Notes: generated from the sequence alone by a model not told the origin. A stretch of 64,000 nucleotides of DNA from Octopus bimaculoides (GCF_001194135.2 NC_068983.1:140986580-141050579), one strand, 5' to 3'; numbered from the stretch's first letter, positions 40,600 through 53,413 are shown. Translations and numbers: made by a program.

Positions 40600-41930
40600 A
40601 CAAGCGATGGATATTTTCTAATAGTTCTCCAAACTGTTTTGTAAATATTGATACCACCGAATGGATGTCTTCGGGTAAGAGTGACTAGATTGGCATTCAG
40701 GTTAGATTTTAACACCACCTTCACCGATTTTTGATACGCCTCGCTCACTTTGACTTTTATTTCTCTGTGTAGAATGTCATCCAGCTCCAATATCCCTAAA
40801 TATCTATATCCGCTACCGACCGTCGGGTTCACCCATGGTCTCTCCTAACGGTAACCTCAATCCTCTGCAAGTTGCTTTCTTCCCTCTTTTCATATCAAGT
40901 ATTGTGCATTTGGTGATCTCAAATTCCCTACAGAAGTCTCTACCACACTTCTGGACTGTTTTGGTTAAGGAATGTATCTGTTTTTCAGATTTCCTAAATA
41001 ATTTCAGGTCATCCATAAACAGAAGATGGTTCAATGAAGGGTCTTCCTTCCCACACCGGTAACCCGTCTTAACTTTTCTAAGTGTCATTTTTAGGGGCAT
41101 TAGTGCATTTACAAAAATTAACAGAGAAAACGAGTCAGCTTGGAATATGCCCATTTTAACATTAACTTCTCCAAGGAATACATTACTTGAGTACAATTTG
41201 GTTTTCCACTCTTTCATGCTATGCATCAGAAAATTTGTGATGTTGTCAGCAACACCAAACATCTTCAGCCATTCAACGATCTAAGAATGAAGTATCATAT
41301 CATATGCCTTCTTAAAGTTAATCCAAGCCATAGACATGTTTGTATGACGTTTTTTAAAATGCCTCAAAACTGTTTTATCGATGGCCAGGGGATCCTTGGT
41401 ACCCTGAGAATTCTTCCTACATCCTTTTTGTTCCCTTGGTAGTATTTCTTCCTGTGCCAGGAAAGCGTATGTCTCTGCCGCACATATTCCCGTGAGTATA
41501 TTCCAGATTATGTTTAGGCATACTATGGGACGGTAGTTTCCCAAAATATTCCCCTTTTTTCTATCTTTCATTACAAGTGTTGTCCTACCAGTCACCATCC
41601 ACACAGGGACTGTACCTTTCTGGACACACTCATTCAACTGGCTTGCTAGTCTTTCATGCACTGCATGGCATCTCCTCAACCAGAAGCCATGAATCTCATC
41701 TGGTTATGCACTTTACTCCCTTGTTCTTTCACATCACCCGTGCTTATAACAATATCATTTTGTTTCTTTCCTCCTTGTAATTCTGTCTGTGAAATTTTAT
41801 GTTTCTTTTTCCTTCATTTCTTTATTTCTTTATTTCGTCCTTTCCTTAATCTATACCCTTCACATTTTCCCTATTTGTCTCCGATGAAAGGATATCCCAT
41901 ACTTTGAGATATCCCAGAAATATCTGTAAG
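40600..41930 (-). mobile_element. R4/Dong-like LINE reverse transcriptase remnant
   Basis: GRTTLVMKDRKKGNILGNYRPIVCL...EQKGCRKNSQGTKDPLAIDK...AWINFKKAYD; GIFQADSFSLLIFV; LNHLLFMDDLKLF; YRYLGILE. Split across three frames. Confidence 0.85.
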
Positions 41931-43129
41931 ACTTTAAATTTTTAATAATAATAACGTATATAACTTGAGATGTTTGTCTTGCCTTAGAGTTTGTTGTCCT
42001 GTTTAACAAATATGTATGTATGTATGTGTGTATGTATGTATGTATGTATTATGTATGTATAAATACACACACACGATCGATTTCTATTTTGTGGTAGTTT
42101 GAAGGTGTCTGATGAAATAGCTGGCGATTTTGGATTAAGTAATACAACTGATTGCGAATAAAATTGTCAAGCTATTGAAACATTGACAACATGCATTTAA
42201 CTACCCTTATCCATTAACATTCATTTATTACATTTCTGCAATGCCAGATGAGCAGATAATGTTACCACTGGCCTAAAGTTGCTGAATACCTGATATCATT
42301 ATGCAATTGCGATTACATTAATTAAGCATGTGACTGATAAAATTGCAATATTAATTTAATAATATTCCTACAGCGTACATTGCAAGCCCATTGCACGCTG
42401 AGGATCAGTGATCTGATAACTACTCTCAGTAAGATCGGAATCGAGCGATGTGTGGCCGCGCTGACAGATACCACTGTGCTAAATACCTTACAACAAAAAC
42501 TTCTTGACTTATGCAAATTATATCCGCCTCTATAGGATGCATTTTAATTACCATATGGCAATTATGACCAGCTCCACTTGAGAAGTGGAAGATCTTAAAT
42601 TTCAAGAATATTCCAAAGTGTATATGCAATTTCACAAGCTTATTGTCTGGAGATATGAGGACAATCGTGGACACGTGTTTCTGGTTTAGTAGCCTGTATC
42701 TGCACGAGAATCTTCCACTTACGCTGATGAGCGTTGAAAACAGTAATGACCTACTTAATGGGTCAAGCTTAAACAAAATGAGCTGAGAGGAATAATTCGA
42801 AGTAATCAGTGGTATATATTTGCATACCAGTATGTTAATATAATTTGTAATAATGATACACATTGAGTCGGAGATAATCTAAATAAATCGAAACTTTTCG
42901 TTGTAAGGGATTCAACAAATCAGTATTTCTCTGTTATTCAAATATATGCCACACACACACACACGCGCGCATACACACACTCACATATATATATATATAT
43001 ACTTACATTTTTATTAAAGCTGCAAAAACATCGTAATGACTACAGGTGTATGTGTGGGTGTGTCTGTGTCTCTGTGTACGTGCGTGTGTGTGCGTACATG
43101 TGTGTTTCTATAAACGCAAATCGACCGCA

Positions 43130-44490
43130 GACAGTTGTTGAGACAAGCGTGGGAGGAGCCCTCATAGAAATAATGACTGACCTTCAGTTTATCCCGAGAG
43201 CCAAGGAACTTGCGGGCATTTCATTGCTCTTCAAGAGTGAAGCTTTGGCCGACAAACACTTCATAGTTTCCTATCAGAGTGAAAAGTATGTATTTTCCAT
43301 CTATCATCATCATATTTAGGAAGAAGAACAGTGAGAGCGAAGAGCATAGGAATTACGCCTGAGTTGAATAGAGGGTGGATTTTAGCATGCATCATATTGG
43401 AAGGGAGTAACGGCCTCATCGAGGTGAAACGAACCCATCGTGAAAATTAGCCTGATATCGTTGTGGAGGGGCTACTCTACATCAAACCAGACAGGTCGCA
43501 CACTTCATTCGTTTTCCGGGAGCCTCATAACGTAGGAATCCCGAATTTAAAAGCCACGTGTTGGCTTTTAAGGGGATTCCCAAAAGAAATTCAATAAATT
43601 ATGGAGGTTCAACCTCCCGCCCTCCCGTGGCACCTGATGGGTAAGTAGCCCCACGTGTTTTTCCTTCTGTGAACTCTTATCATGGCGGCGTTAAGAGTGG
43701 GTTGTCTAAATGTTCGTGGCCTGAGTCACCTTGAAAGAAATGTCGCCTGCTTAAGGACCTCACGTCACTAGCTGTGCATTTAACGGCCGTCAGTAAGACT
43801 AGGATTTCCGACACACACGATCTAGCCCATCATTTCGACGACTTTGAGATCTACGCATCTTCCAGTTGGACTGGAATGGGAGGCAGGTGATCGTGCTATT
43901 TAGGAAAGGCCCGAATCTCGTGGTACTCAGGATATTCCCAGACCCGGATGGTAAGTTCTTGCTCCTCGATGTGAGCAATGGAGAAGATTGAAGTAGTATA
44001 AATTGTCCACAATTCAAAGTAATCGGATACACACACCATAAATACGTAATCTGCACGGTCAACCTAGATGGCATCTATAGGCAGGTTCCTGGATATTGGA
44101 AGCTGAACGCGTCGTTCCTGGCAATTCAGGATTTCAGAGAACAAGTGGGCAAGTTAATCCATTAGGAATTGTCGGTTGCAATCGTCAACACCCAATGATG
44201 GATAGCCCTTAAAGAGGAGGCTATTAGAGTAGAGACGTTTAGGATGTAGTAAAGAAATAACGTTAGAGTAATCTAGAATAGAGTGAGACCCTTGCCCTAC
44301 TTCGTGGATGATAAAGCTAGAGCGCTTGCTATTCCGCTTTCTGTGGAGGGATGTGTTCTGCTTTTCAGACGGTCCATCAGCTGTCAACAGCCGCTGAGTG
44401 GAGGTTTCAGACAAGTTCTATATGTATGGAAGTTCTGCTGGATATTTTCAGATTCACCAGCCTTGCCACTCTGACCTAACTTTCGATAAG
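43130..44490 (+). mobile_element. L1/Tx1-clade LINE remnant (ORF1 part plus ORF2 APE endonuclease start)
   Basis: GRRTVRAKSIGITPELNRGWILACI (ORF1-like). MAALRVGCLNVRGLSHL at 43682 and GYWKLNASFL at ~44090 are typical of L1/Tx1 ORF2. Confidence 0.75.
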
Positions 44491-44877
44491 GACACTAGAG
44501 TGTAACACCTTCATCTCCACATTTAACTCCACCGAAAGCTTAACGAGGTAGGAGAGATACTGCATTCAACTCCTCTCTTGACAAAGCGAGAAATGATAAG
44601 AAGAGAACGATAACAAAAGTAATTACAAATGTATTAATAAGGAATATCCTGAAGATTTGAATAACTGGAGAGATTTATAATTCAGTGCTAAGTTAAATCC
44701 ATATGAAAAAAGCTTTCATATCTCTAGCTTATGGAAGACATATCTAAGACATCTTATTTGATAGTATCTATTAGTTAATGACCTGGAATTAAAAAGAAAT
44801 TTTTTAAATCCTGAATTTGAATTGTGTTTCAAATAGGTATATGCATTAAGCAATTAATATTGTATACAATTAATTTG

Positions 44878-45050
44878 ACACAAAGCCAGCATTTCTGGGG
44901 GAGGGAATATGTCAATTACATCGACCCCAGTACTTAACTGCTACTTATTTTATAGACCCTGAAAGAAAAGAAAGGCAAAGTCGGACTCGTCAAAATTTGA
45001 ACTCAGAAGGTGAAGACGTACGAAATGCTCCAAAGCATCTTGCCCAGAAT
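44878..45050 (-). mobile_element. SINE family A, degenerate copy
   Basis: cacaaagccagcatttctgggg...atcgaccccagtact...aaaggcaaagtcggactcg..tttgaactcaga. Confidence 0.7.
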
Positions 45051-45140
45051 ACTTAAAGATAACTGATTAAAATAATTCAAATACGTATTTGAAGCATCGC
45101 TAGTGTTGTAAACATTATCGATCACATATACTCAGTAGAT

Positions 45141-45374
45141 GAGGTTTCCTTGCTTGCCGGTAGCCTGCGTTTCACGTGTTGGGGATGACTCCCACAAAGC
45201 GCTGGATGTTAAAACACTAGAGTGAGCCAACTCGCTCAAAATCCCACTCAGGGGCGATGGGATTTAGGGCGTGTTGTCTCGCCTGTCTGTAAATTGCAAG
45301 TGTTTTAACAACCGGAGCTTTGCGGAAGTCATCCCCACCACGCTGAGCAGCCTGCTAGCGAACAAACGAGCCTT
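45141..45374. repeat. Palindromic MITE-like element, family F, copy 1
   Basis: gtgttggggatgactcccacaaagc...gttaaaacact pairs with agtgttttaac...gctttgcggaagtcatccccaccac. Central loop ~45247-45257. Confidence 0.85.
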
Positions 45375-46051
45375 GTCATTAGAGAATGTGTAGTTGGTGA
45401 CTAATATAGATAGATTCCTTTGAGGTCCGTTGTTCCGAAATAATTCAGGAAATGTTTACAGCGATTGCGTTGATGTTCATTGCAAAACAATTCATTCATG
45501 CATTCACCCCCCAAAAAGGTAAAATGAGATTCCCTATAAAAATTAAGAAATTTACTAATTCTTTCTTGTACGACCTATAATATATCTCTCTGCCGTATAT
45601 ACATGTTAATGAAGAAAGATTGAGGAGAGATAATATTTATTACAAGTATTTCAATTTAGAACACAGAGAATTTTAAAATATTCTAAGTACTTGTTGACAT
45701 GGTAAATAATTTAGTCATTATTTTCAAAGAGCTAGTATCACTTATATCTAAAATCGATTGATTTCGTTTAACCTTACTATCATCTAATCAACCCACACCA
45801 GAAGTATATTGTTTATATTTAACCATTTAGAAAACAGCTTCTTAAATTAAACCTCCTTGCTTCTTTAATTATTTCTATTTACCATTATCATTAGTTTATA
45901 GATGGGAAAAAATTTCATGTTATTTTTCTCTCCATTCACCTGTGAATATACAAAAAGAAACTAAAAATATACATAGACATTAAAACACACGTAAACATAT
46001 GGACAGATACACACATACTCACAAGCAAACACACACAGGCGCGCGCGCACG

Positions 46052-46090
<39 letters not shown>

Positions 46091-46604
46091 CTCATTATGT
46101 TCGGCATTTAGTTTGGAAGATTCTTGTTGTGAACTCCTGAGTTAAAAAAATATTTTGTTCTTGTTTCGGGAGGGACATTTTCCTAAAAATAAAAACGTGC
46201 ACTCGCTGTAGTTCACTTCTTTATATTTTATTAGTAAAATGGTTAACTATTCGATAAACTTCNNNNNNNNNNNNNNNNNNNNNNNNNNNNNNNNNNNNNN
46301 NNNNNNNNNNNNNNNNNNNNNNNNNNNNNNNNNNNNNNNNNNNNNNNNNNNNNNNNNNNNNNNNNNNNNNNNNNNNNNNNNNNNNNNNNNNNNNNNNNNN
46401 NNNNNNNNNNNNNNNNNNNNNNNNNNNNNNNNNNNNNNNNNNNNNNNNNNNNNNNNNNNNNNNNNNNNNNNNATATATATATGTATATATATAAATTGTA
46501 ACAGAATTTGGGGACGGAGGAAGAATTGGAGATGGCAAGAGAGATGGAGAAAGACGTTTAACGCATATATATAGGGAGATTTCACAAAAAAAAAAGACGA
46601 AGAC

Positions 46605-46735
46605 AGGTGGTGTAGACAACAAACAGGTGTATTAGTTTAACGCTCGGAAATGAAAAATCTTTAACGTTTCGAGCCTACGCTCTTCTACAGAAAGGAACAA
46701 AGAAAGAAACAAGGAGAAAAACAAGTGATCATCGA
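46605..46735 (-). mobile_element. Penelope-like pLTR fragment with minimal hammerhead-like motif
   Basis: Reverse complement of 46659-46694 is cttt-CTGTAGA-A-GAGC-gtag-GCTC-GAAA-CGTT-aaag, with helices I and II fully paired. Confidence 0.6.
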
Positions 46736-47841
46736 ATATAAAATCCGAACTTGAATATGTTGTTTAAAGACTCATCAGTGATGACGGAGAACAGCGTAGA
46801 TCGCTGGTGTAGCTCCTAAGGGCCAACCACTTTATAGTTTTCACAAAAAACGTGGTGGATATGTATGGAAACCTATTTTAAATATACTTTAAAAAAATAC
46901 ATTAAAACCTGTCATATGCACCTTCAGATAACAGCACAACAAATTTATTGACATGCACTAGTTGCCATTTTCAACAGCTAACGATGATGAACAGTAAATA
47001 ACCGGCTATATTTCCAGTGTGAGTTTTGCTTCCACTCTCCATGATGCTTTTTCACACGCCTCTGTAAGTGTGCTCGATTACTCGAAGGTTTTGAGAACAG
47101 CGTTAGTGACAGGTAGTTTGTGCTCTATTTACAGATAAGACCGTCCGTGGTTGATTAGTCGCAATAAATTTCTCAGATTCCGTTATAAAACATTTAATGG
47201 TCGTGTTTTTTGAAAAGTCCATAGCTGTCTTAGTGAACTGGTAAAATAAATCCACGATAATTAAGTATGTTACAAATGTTGGTCTTTGCTGAGCATATAT
47301 TAAAGCATTTTTCCGTAAAATCACTTGTCAATAAGAATGATATTCCAAAAGTAACAGAGACATTTGTCTCCATTTCAGTTACCTTCCAGCTACTGCACGA
47401 TGTGCGAAATATCGTCAGGTAGGCATATACAGCGAGTACAGCTCAAAGCCTACATTTAAAAAAGGAAATTCTAAGATCGTCTTCTGTATTTAGTTAGCTT
47501 ATACACTGGCATATGCAGTATATTTGTGTGCATGTAATCGTGCAGTTTACTCTGGTGTAAAAGTTATTAAAATATATGAAAATTAAAATATCATTTTGAT
47601 TGTTACAATTACGATATGATATACGCAGTATAATTATGATCAGCGGAAACAGTAACAGTAGCATTGATAGTGGTAGCACTGATAGAGATGATTGTAGTAG
47701 TATCATTAACAACGTGTGAAAGGCATTTTAATTATAGTAGTCGCCAGAAAACTAAGAATAACAGCATTAATAATTTATGTCTGTAGTTATTAAGTGCTGT
47801 GCTTATATATGTATTTATGTGCTTTTGAAAGTGATTTCCAA

Positions 47842-47842
<1 letters not shown>

Positions 47843-47896
<54 letters not shown>
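47843..47896. repeat. (AGT)n microsatellite
   Basis: Direct reading. Confidence 0.97.
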
Positions 47897-47897
<1 letters not shown>

Positions 47898-49127
47898 TGA
47901 GACGGTTGAGTTTGTTTACTAAGTCGACAGCGTTTTCTTCTATACTAAACTAGCTATTAGTGAAAAAGGGCGAACATATGCGTCACCTTTAAACTACATC
48001 AAACGAAATTCTCGTTAAATCAACAAATCTATTTTATCGAGTTTCTCATTAAGCGCCATGCTTTATCCGATAAGACTTCACGAAAACCTGAAGCATGTAA
48101 ATCAAAATAGTCATCCAGCACCATGCAAGAGAGTTTGGTGTTTGAAAAATAAACGACTATATATTGATTACTCTGCAGGTGTTTCAAGTGCTATGCAGAG
48201 AGAAACCTGACTGGAATGAAAATAAAGGCTAATGTGACATTTCAAACGTTGATTATCTATTATAGCAAATTCTTTATAGTTCATCATGGCACATTCAAGG
48301 AAAAGGTTTCGTTTATTGATTTTTTAAAATTTCTATTTACAACATAAATTTAAAATTTGTCTTAACGGCTCCCAGCTTAGATTTCAATAGACTACTATTG
48401 TTATGGACAAAGGAGATAATCTTAATTATACATTTTAACAAAGCAGTCGCTATACTTGGGACATAGACATAATTTCACGTGTGTGTTTATACGTAGAGAA
48501 CCATTGACTTACCTGCCCATAGGTAGTGATATCAAATCATCGGCTTTTTATTGTTTATGTTCTATTGCTTTGACTCTACTGAAAAGCTGTAACAGACATT
48601 TTCAGACGGCTACTGGACAGAGGCAAAATATCATTCTAAAGTACCCAAGGAGTACCTGCGGCCCGTTTGTCTTTCTACATGTCACACTAGATTTTATGAT
48701 GATACGAGTATCATAGTTTTTATATATATATATATATTAAGATTGTTAAGATATCTGCTTTAATAAGTAGTCGGAGTAAATCATATACAATAATTAAATG
48801 TGATTTTACTTCAATCTTCCTTTTAGTGGTTTTGCATGACTTAAGAAGATTAAAATCTCATGCGGCTCGCTGAATGAAACACATTTTTCATGCCTTTTCT
48901 ACACAATGATAGAGCGATCTACTGTGCGAAATTATATATATCTCTGGATTAGTATCACTAAATGAAACTTAATAACCGGTCTTCGAATACGATTTCGAGA
49001 TAAGAGGTATGTAGATTTCTTTTTTGTGTGTGTAATGTAAATATATTTACACCCAATGAAAAGTATAGTTACACGAAATCTCGGTTGAAAATGAAGAATA
49101 CAGTGTTAATATGTAAGAGGCATAGAA

Positions 49128-49715
49128 GTTGGTGAGCTGGCAGAGTTGTTAGCATGCCGGACAAAATACCTTCTGAGTTCAAATTTCGATGGGGCTGATT
49201 TTGCCTGTCATCCGGTCGGAGTAGATAAAATTCGAACCAGTTGAAGACTGGGTCGATGTAATCAACTAAACTTTTTCCCTGAAATTACTGGCCTTGTGCC
49301 AAAATTTAAAATCAGCATGTAATAGGCATATGGGCGGTGACCTGGTAGAATCATAAAGAGTCAGAAAAAAATGCTTAGCGGCATTTCTTCCGATTTCACA
49401 TTCTGAGTTCAAATATCGCCGCCATCAAATTTGCTTTTCATCCTTTTAGAGTTCGATAAAATAAGTACCTGTTGAACACTGGAGTCGATTTTATCGACTC
49501 ATCCCCGATCTTGCCAAATTTTGAAGCTAATATGTAATAGGTATCTAAGGCAGTGATATGGTAAAAAGCTTAGCGGCACATCCCGCGTCTCTGACTTATG
49601 AGTTCAAATTCCACTACGGTCGACTTTGCATTCCATTGTTTCAGGGTCGATGAAAAAAGTACCAGCTGAGCATCAGGGTCGATGCATTTGCTAACTTTGT
49701 GCTAAAATGTGAAAC
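49128..49715 (+). mobile_element. Three consecutive diverged SINE family A copies
   Basis: Heads ggtgagctggcagagttgttagc, ggcggtgacctggtagaatc and ggcagtgatatggtaaaaagcttagcgg, each followed by the gagttcaaat...tttcatcc...gtcgat body. Confidence 0.8.
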
Positions 49716-49871
49716 AAATATGTAACAGGCATATAAAATGGAAGTAATGCATTTTACTACGAAATACATTTAGTTCTAAAGTATATCTTTCTGTCTACTT
49801 ACTGGATTCTGCAACTACTGTGAAATAAATAAACAACTCATAAAATCTTATTTTCTTAATATATCTGAAGG

Positions 49872-50262
49872 TTTGTTGTTGTTGGCACTCCGTCGCTTAC
49901 GACGTCGAGGGTTCCAGTTGATCCGATCAACGGAACAGCTTGCTCGTGAAATTAACGTGCACGTGGCTGAGCACTCAATAAATACGTGTACCCTTAACGC
50001 AGTTCTCAGGGGTAATCAGCGTGACAGTGTGTGACAAGGCTGACCCTTTGAATTACAGGTACAACAGAAACAGGAAGTAAGAGTGAGAGAAAGTTGTGAT
50101 GAAAGAGTACAGCAGGGTTCGCCACCATCCCCTGCCGGAGCCTCGTGGAGCTTGAGGTGTTTTCGCTCAATAAACACTCACAACGCCCGGTCTGGGAATC
50201 GAAACCGTGATCCTATGACCACGAGTCTGCTGCCCTAACCACTGGGCCATTGCGCCTCCACA
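49872..50262 (-). mobile_element. tRNA-derived SINE family C, near full length, (AAC)n tail
   Basis: Reverse complement starts gtggaggcgcaatggcccagtggttagggcagcagactcg...ggtttcgattcccagacc (A and B boxes) and ends gacggagtgccaacaacaac. Confidence 0.85.
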
Positions 50263-50584
50263 GATGAAGGTATACAAGAAACATGTAAGAAACACGTAAA
50301 AATTTCTAATATTTTGACTTCCTAGTTTCATTCAAATAACATGTAGTGACTAGAACTTAAAGATACGTAGCCATTACGGTTATATTGACCACTAAAATAA
50401 GTATTCGAAATTATATGCTTGGAATTTTATAGAAATATAGAATTTTATACAAAATTGATATATCTATGAAGTGAATTTATTGGACGTGCCATCTGTCAAT
50501 ATAGTGTTTTTATATATACATAGTTAAGCTTTGCTTTATTACATATATCTACTAAAGAAAGCCAGAATATGCTTCTTTCTAATC

Positions 50585-50890
50585 CTTTCTTCTCTAAGCA
50601 CAAGGCCTAACATTTTGGGGAAGGGGGCTAGTCGATTAGATCGACCCGAGTACGCAACTGGTACTTAATTTAATTGACCTCGAAAGGATGAAAAGCAAAG
50701 TCTACCTCGGCGGAATTTCAACTCAGAACGTAAACACAGACGAAATACCACTAAGCATTTCGTTCGGCGTGCTAACGTTTCTTATTTCTTTATTGCCCAC
50801 AAGGGGCTACACAAAGAGGAGACAAACAAGGACAGATAAACCAATTAAGTCGATTACATGGACTCCAGTACGTAACTGGTACTTATTTAA
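50585..50890 (-). mobile_element. SINE family A heterodimer (tail-B fragment joined to tail-A copy)
   Basis: Junction gtgctaacgtttcttatttctttattgcccacaagggg at ~50770-50805 matches the junction at ~38305-38340. Confidence 0.8.
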
Positions 50891-51414
50891 TATTTGCTCG
50901 CTATGCAAACGAGACAAAAGTTAGTCAGGGAACACAGAACTCTAGAGATGTGCATCGGCAACGTAAGTTGAACTCAATATACATGTAGGCTGAGGAAAGG
51001 AAGATGATATGCTAGAAGGTAGTACGAGTTCGTTTCCCGGCTTGCAATCTATCCGATGCAGCTACGCATCGTTAACCACATAGGGGAGATGTCCTCTTGG
51101 GGTTACAAAATCACAGTAAATACCGCTCGAACGGAACAGCCATGTTGAAGTGGCTATGAACATTATTTGCTAGTACAACTACTGCGATCATCTTTTAGAG
51201 AGATTTTAGAACTAGATTTTTATCTTATGTATATATATGTACATGGGGTAGGGTGGGATGGGATGGATANNNNNNNNNNNNNNNNNNNNNNNNNNNNNNN
51301 NNNNNNNNNNNNNNNNNNNNNNNNNNNNNNNNNNNNNNNNNNNNNNNNNNNNNNNNNNNNNNNNNNNNNNNNNNNNNNNNNNNNNNNNNNNNNNNNNNNN
51401 NNNNNNNNNNNNNN

Positions 51415-51766
51415 ATGTGAGGGGGAGAGAGGAGAGGGGAGGAGGTTAGATGAACAGGGGAGGAGTGTTTAGCCCACGTGGCGCAAAGGCGCGAAGAGAG
51501 AAGTTTAATCCCTGTTCATGGCGCAAACGTGAGTCCGGATGTCCCTTGTGCAAGGACGATCCGAATACAGACAGTTGATGTAAAGAGTGACCGGTAGAGC
51601 AGAAATGGCGCGAGACCGGGGTGTCATTGCCGAGTCGGATGTCCCGAAGGTGTTCCGCGAACCGCTTAGCCGAGCGGCGTCCCGTTTGCCCGATGTATAA
51701 AGAAGGACAGAGAGAGAGCAGGTGATGCAGTAGATGACATTGGTGGAAGTGCAGGTAAAGGAGTCG

Positions 51767-51804
<38 letters not shown>

Positions 51805-52440
51805 CGGCTGTTTTATCTACTCCACATTTCAAGCATTTACGACAAGATGTGCCTCCGTGAAAACAGTTCCTTCCGCAAACCAAGTTAAATTAAATTTGGG
51901 ATATGCGGAGGGTGAAAGTTAACAACATAAACAGGACCTCTTTCGTTTCCTCTCTCTTCTTTAAGTCTTTTATTCTCCCTTCTCCCCCCTTTTGCTTCTT
52001 TCTCTCTCATCCTTTCTCTAATTCTTTTTATCTCCCCTTCACCGTTCTCTATCTGTCCCTTTCTGTTCCTCACTTTTCCTCCTTTACTCTCTCGTTGCTC
52101 AACCCTGACCATCGGCCATCTTTCTTTACCAAACTTGAGTTTCTTTCTTTTCTTGCGATCAGCTGCAAGAGATCAGACGCATCTTTGTCTGTCTCCTGTC
52201 ACTGCTTGTTTCTCCAACGTTCGCACCTCACCTCGTCATAGTTTATTTAATTTTCTTTGTTTGAGCAGTTGTTTTGACGAGGGCACATCTTGTCGTAAGT
52301 GCTCGAAATGTGGAGTAGAAAAAAAGCCGACAACTGATGAAGGGTCTTTCTTTATGTTGCTTGCCTTGTTTTCCAATTATTTCTTTCGTAGTTCGGAAAA
52401 AAGTTCGTATTTTGTTTTCGTATTTCGCGTTGTTTACATT
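51415..52440 (-). mobile_element. 5'-truncated Penelope-like element (GIY-YIG) with inverted pLTR
   Basis: TDSFTCTSTNVIYCITCSL/CPSLYIGQTGRRSAKRFAEHLRDI...PVSRHFCSTGHS...RHEQGL...APRGLN at 51446-51768, with a 2-nt CT slip frameshift. 51801-51870 and ~52262-52330 are inverted copies of one sequence. Confidence 0.85.
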
Positions 52441-52509
52441 CTATGACGTCCTGTACCCACATATGTGTATATATATATATATATGTATGTACATATATGT
52501 ATGTATACA

Positions 52510-52552
<43 letters not shown>

Positions 52553-52896
52553 GCATGTATGTATGTATATACATATATATTTTATTATATTTTATTATAT
52601 CATATTATATTATATTATATTATATGCTTGACATACGAGACTCGAAAAACTGTAAAAAACTGATGATTGGTTGTTCTCTATTTTGTTTGTTTTGTTTTCC
52701 ATTTGTGATATTCGTTGTTCGAAAGAATAGTTCATGTACTTGTGCTTCGAATTTTTTTATTATACTCGTTTCGTGACATCCGCGCCCACATATGCATATA
52801 TTTACGTATAGATGTAAGTACATATACGTATGCATATATGCACATATATATATATATATATATATATACCCATATATGCATGTGTATACACATGCA

Positions 52897-53149
52897 GCGT
52901 AGGAGTGGCTGTGTGGTTAGTAGCTTGCTTACTAACCACATGGTTCCGGGTTCAGTCCCACTGCGTGGCACCTTGGGCAAGTGTCTTCTACTATAGCCTC
53001 GGACCGACCGAAGCCTTGTGAGTGGATTTGGTAGACGGAAACTTAAAGAAGCCCGTCGCATATATATATATATATATATATNNNNNNNNNNGACCGACCG
53101 AAGCCTTGTGAGTGGATTTGGTAGACGGAAACTTAAAGAAGCCCGTCGC

Positions 53150-53229
<80 letters not shown>

Positions 53230-53413
53230 ATGTGTGTATATGTTTGTGTGTCTGTTTGTCCCCCCAACATCGCCTGGCAACCGTTGCTTTTGTGTTTACA
53301 TACCCGTAACCTAGCGGTTCGGCGAAAGAGACCAATAGTATAAGTACTAGGCTTCCAAAGAATAAGTCCTGGGGTCGACTTGCTTGACTAAAGGCGCTGC
53401 TCCAGCATGGCCA
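52897..53413 (+). mobile_element. tRNA/CORE-like SINE family B with internal (TA)n(TG)n
   Basis: Head gtggctgtgtggttagtagcttgctt...ggttcagtccc; CORE-like accttgggcaagtgtcttctactatagcctcgg; internal microsatellite; tail ...ataagtcctggggtcgacttgcttgactaaaggcgctgctccagcatggcc. Confidence 0.85.

Noticed and set aside
42720-42745. CTGATGA hits as hammerheads (also ~36307, ~46770 minus, ~59232)
   Set aside because: No helix II closing onto GAAA and no helix I pairing.
45219-45298. Apparent three-hairpin cloverleaf at the tip of a long stem (ncRNA or viral ITR-like)
   Set aside because: The segment aligns more simply as a continuation of one palindrome with a 14-nt deletion in one arm. G-U and A-C mismatches are balanced, so no strand is favoured.
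52998-53160. Direct duplication of ~60 bp of SINE on either side of a 10-N gap
   Set aside because: Most likely an unmerged contig overlap at a (TA)n tract, not biology.
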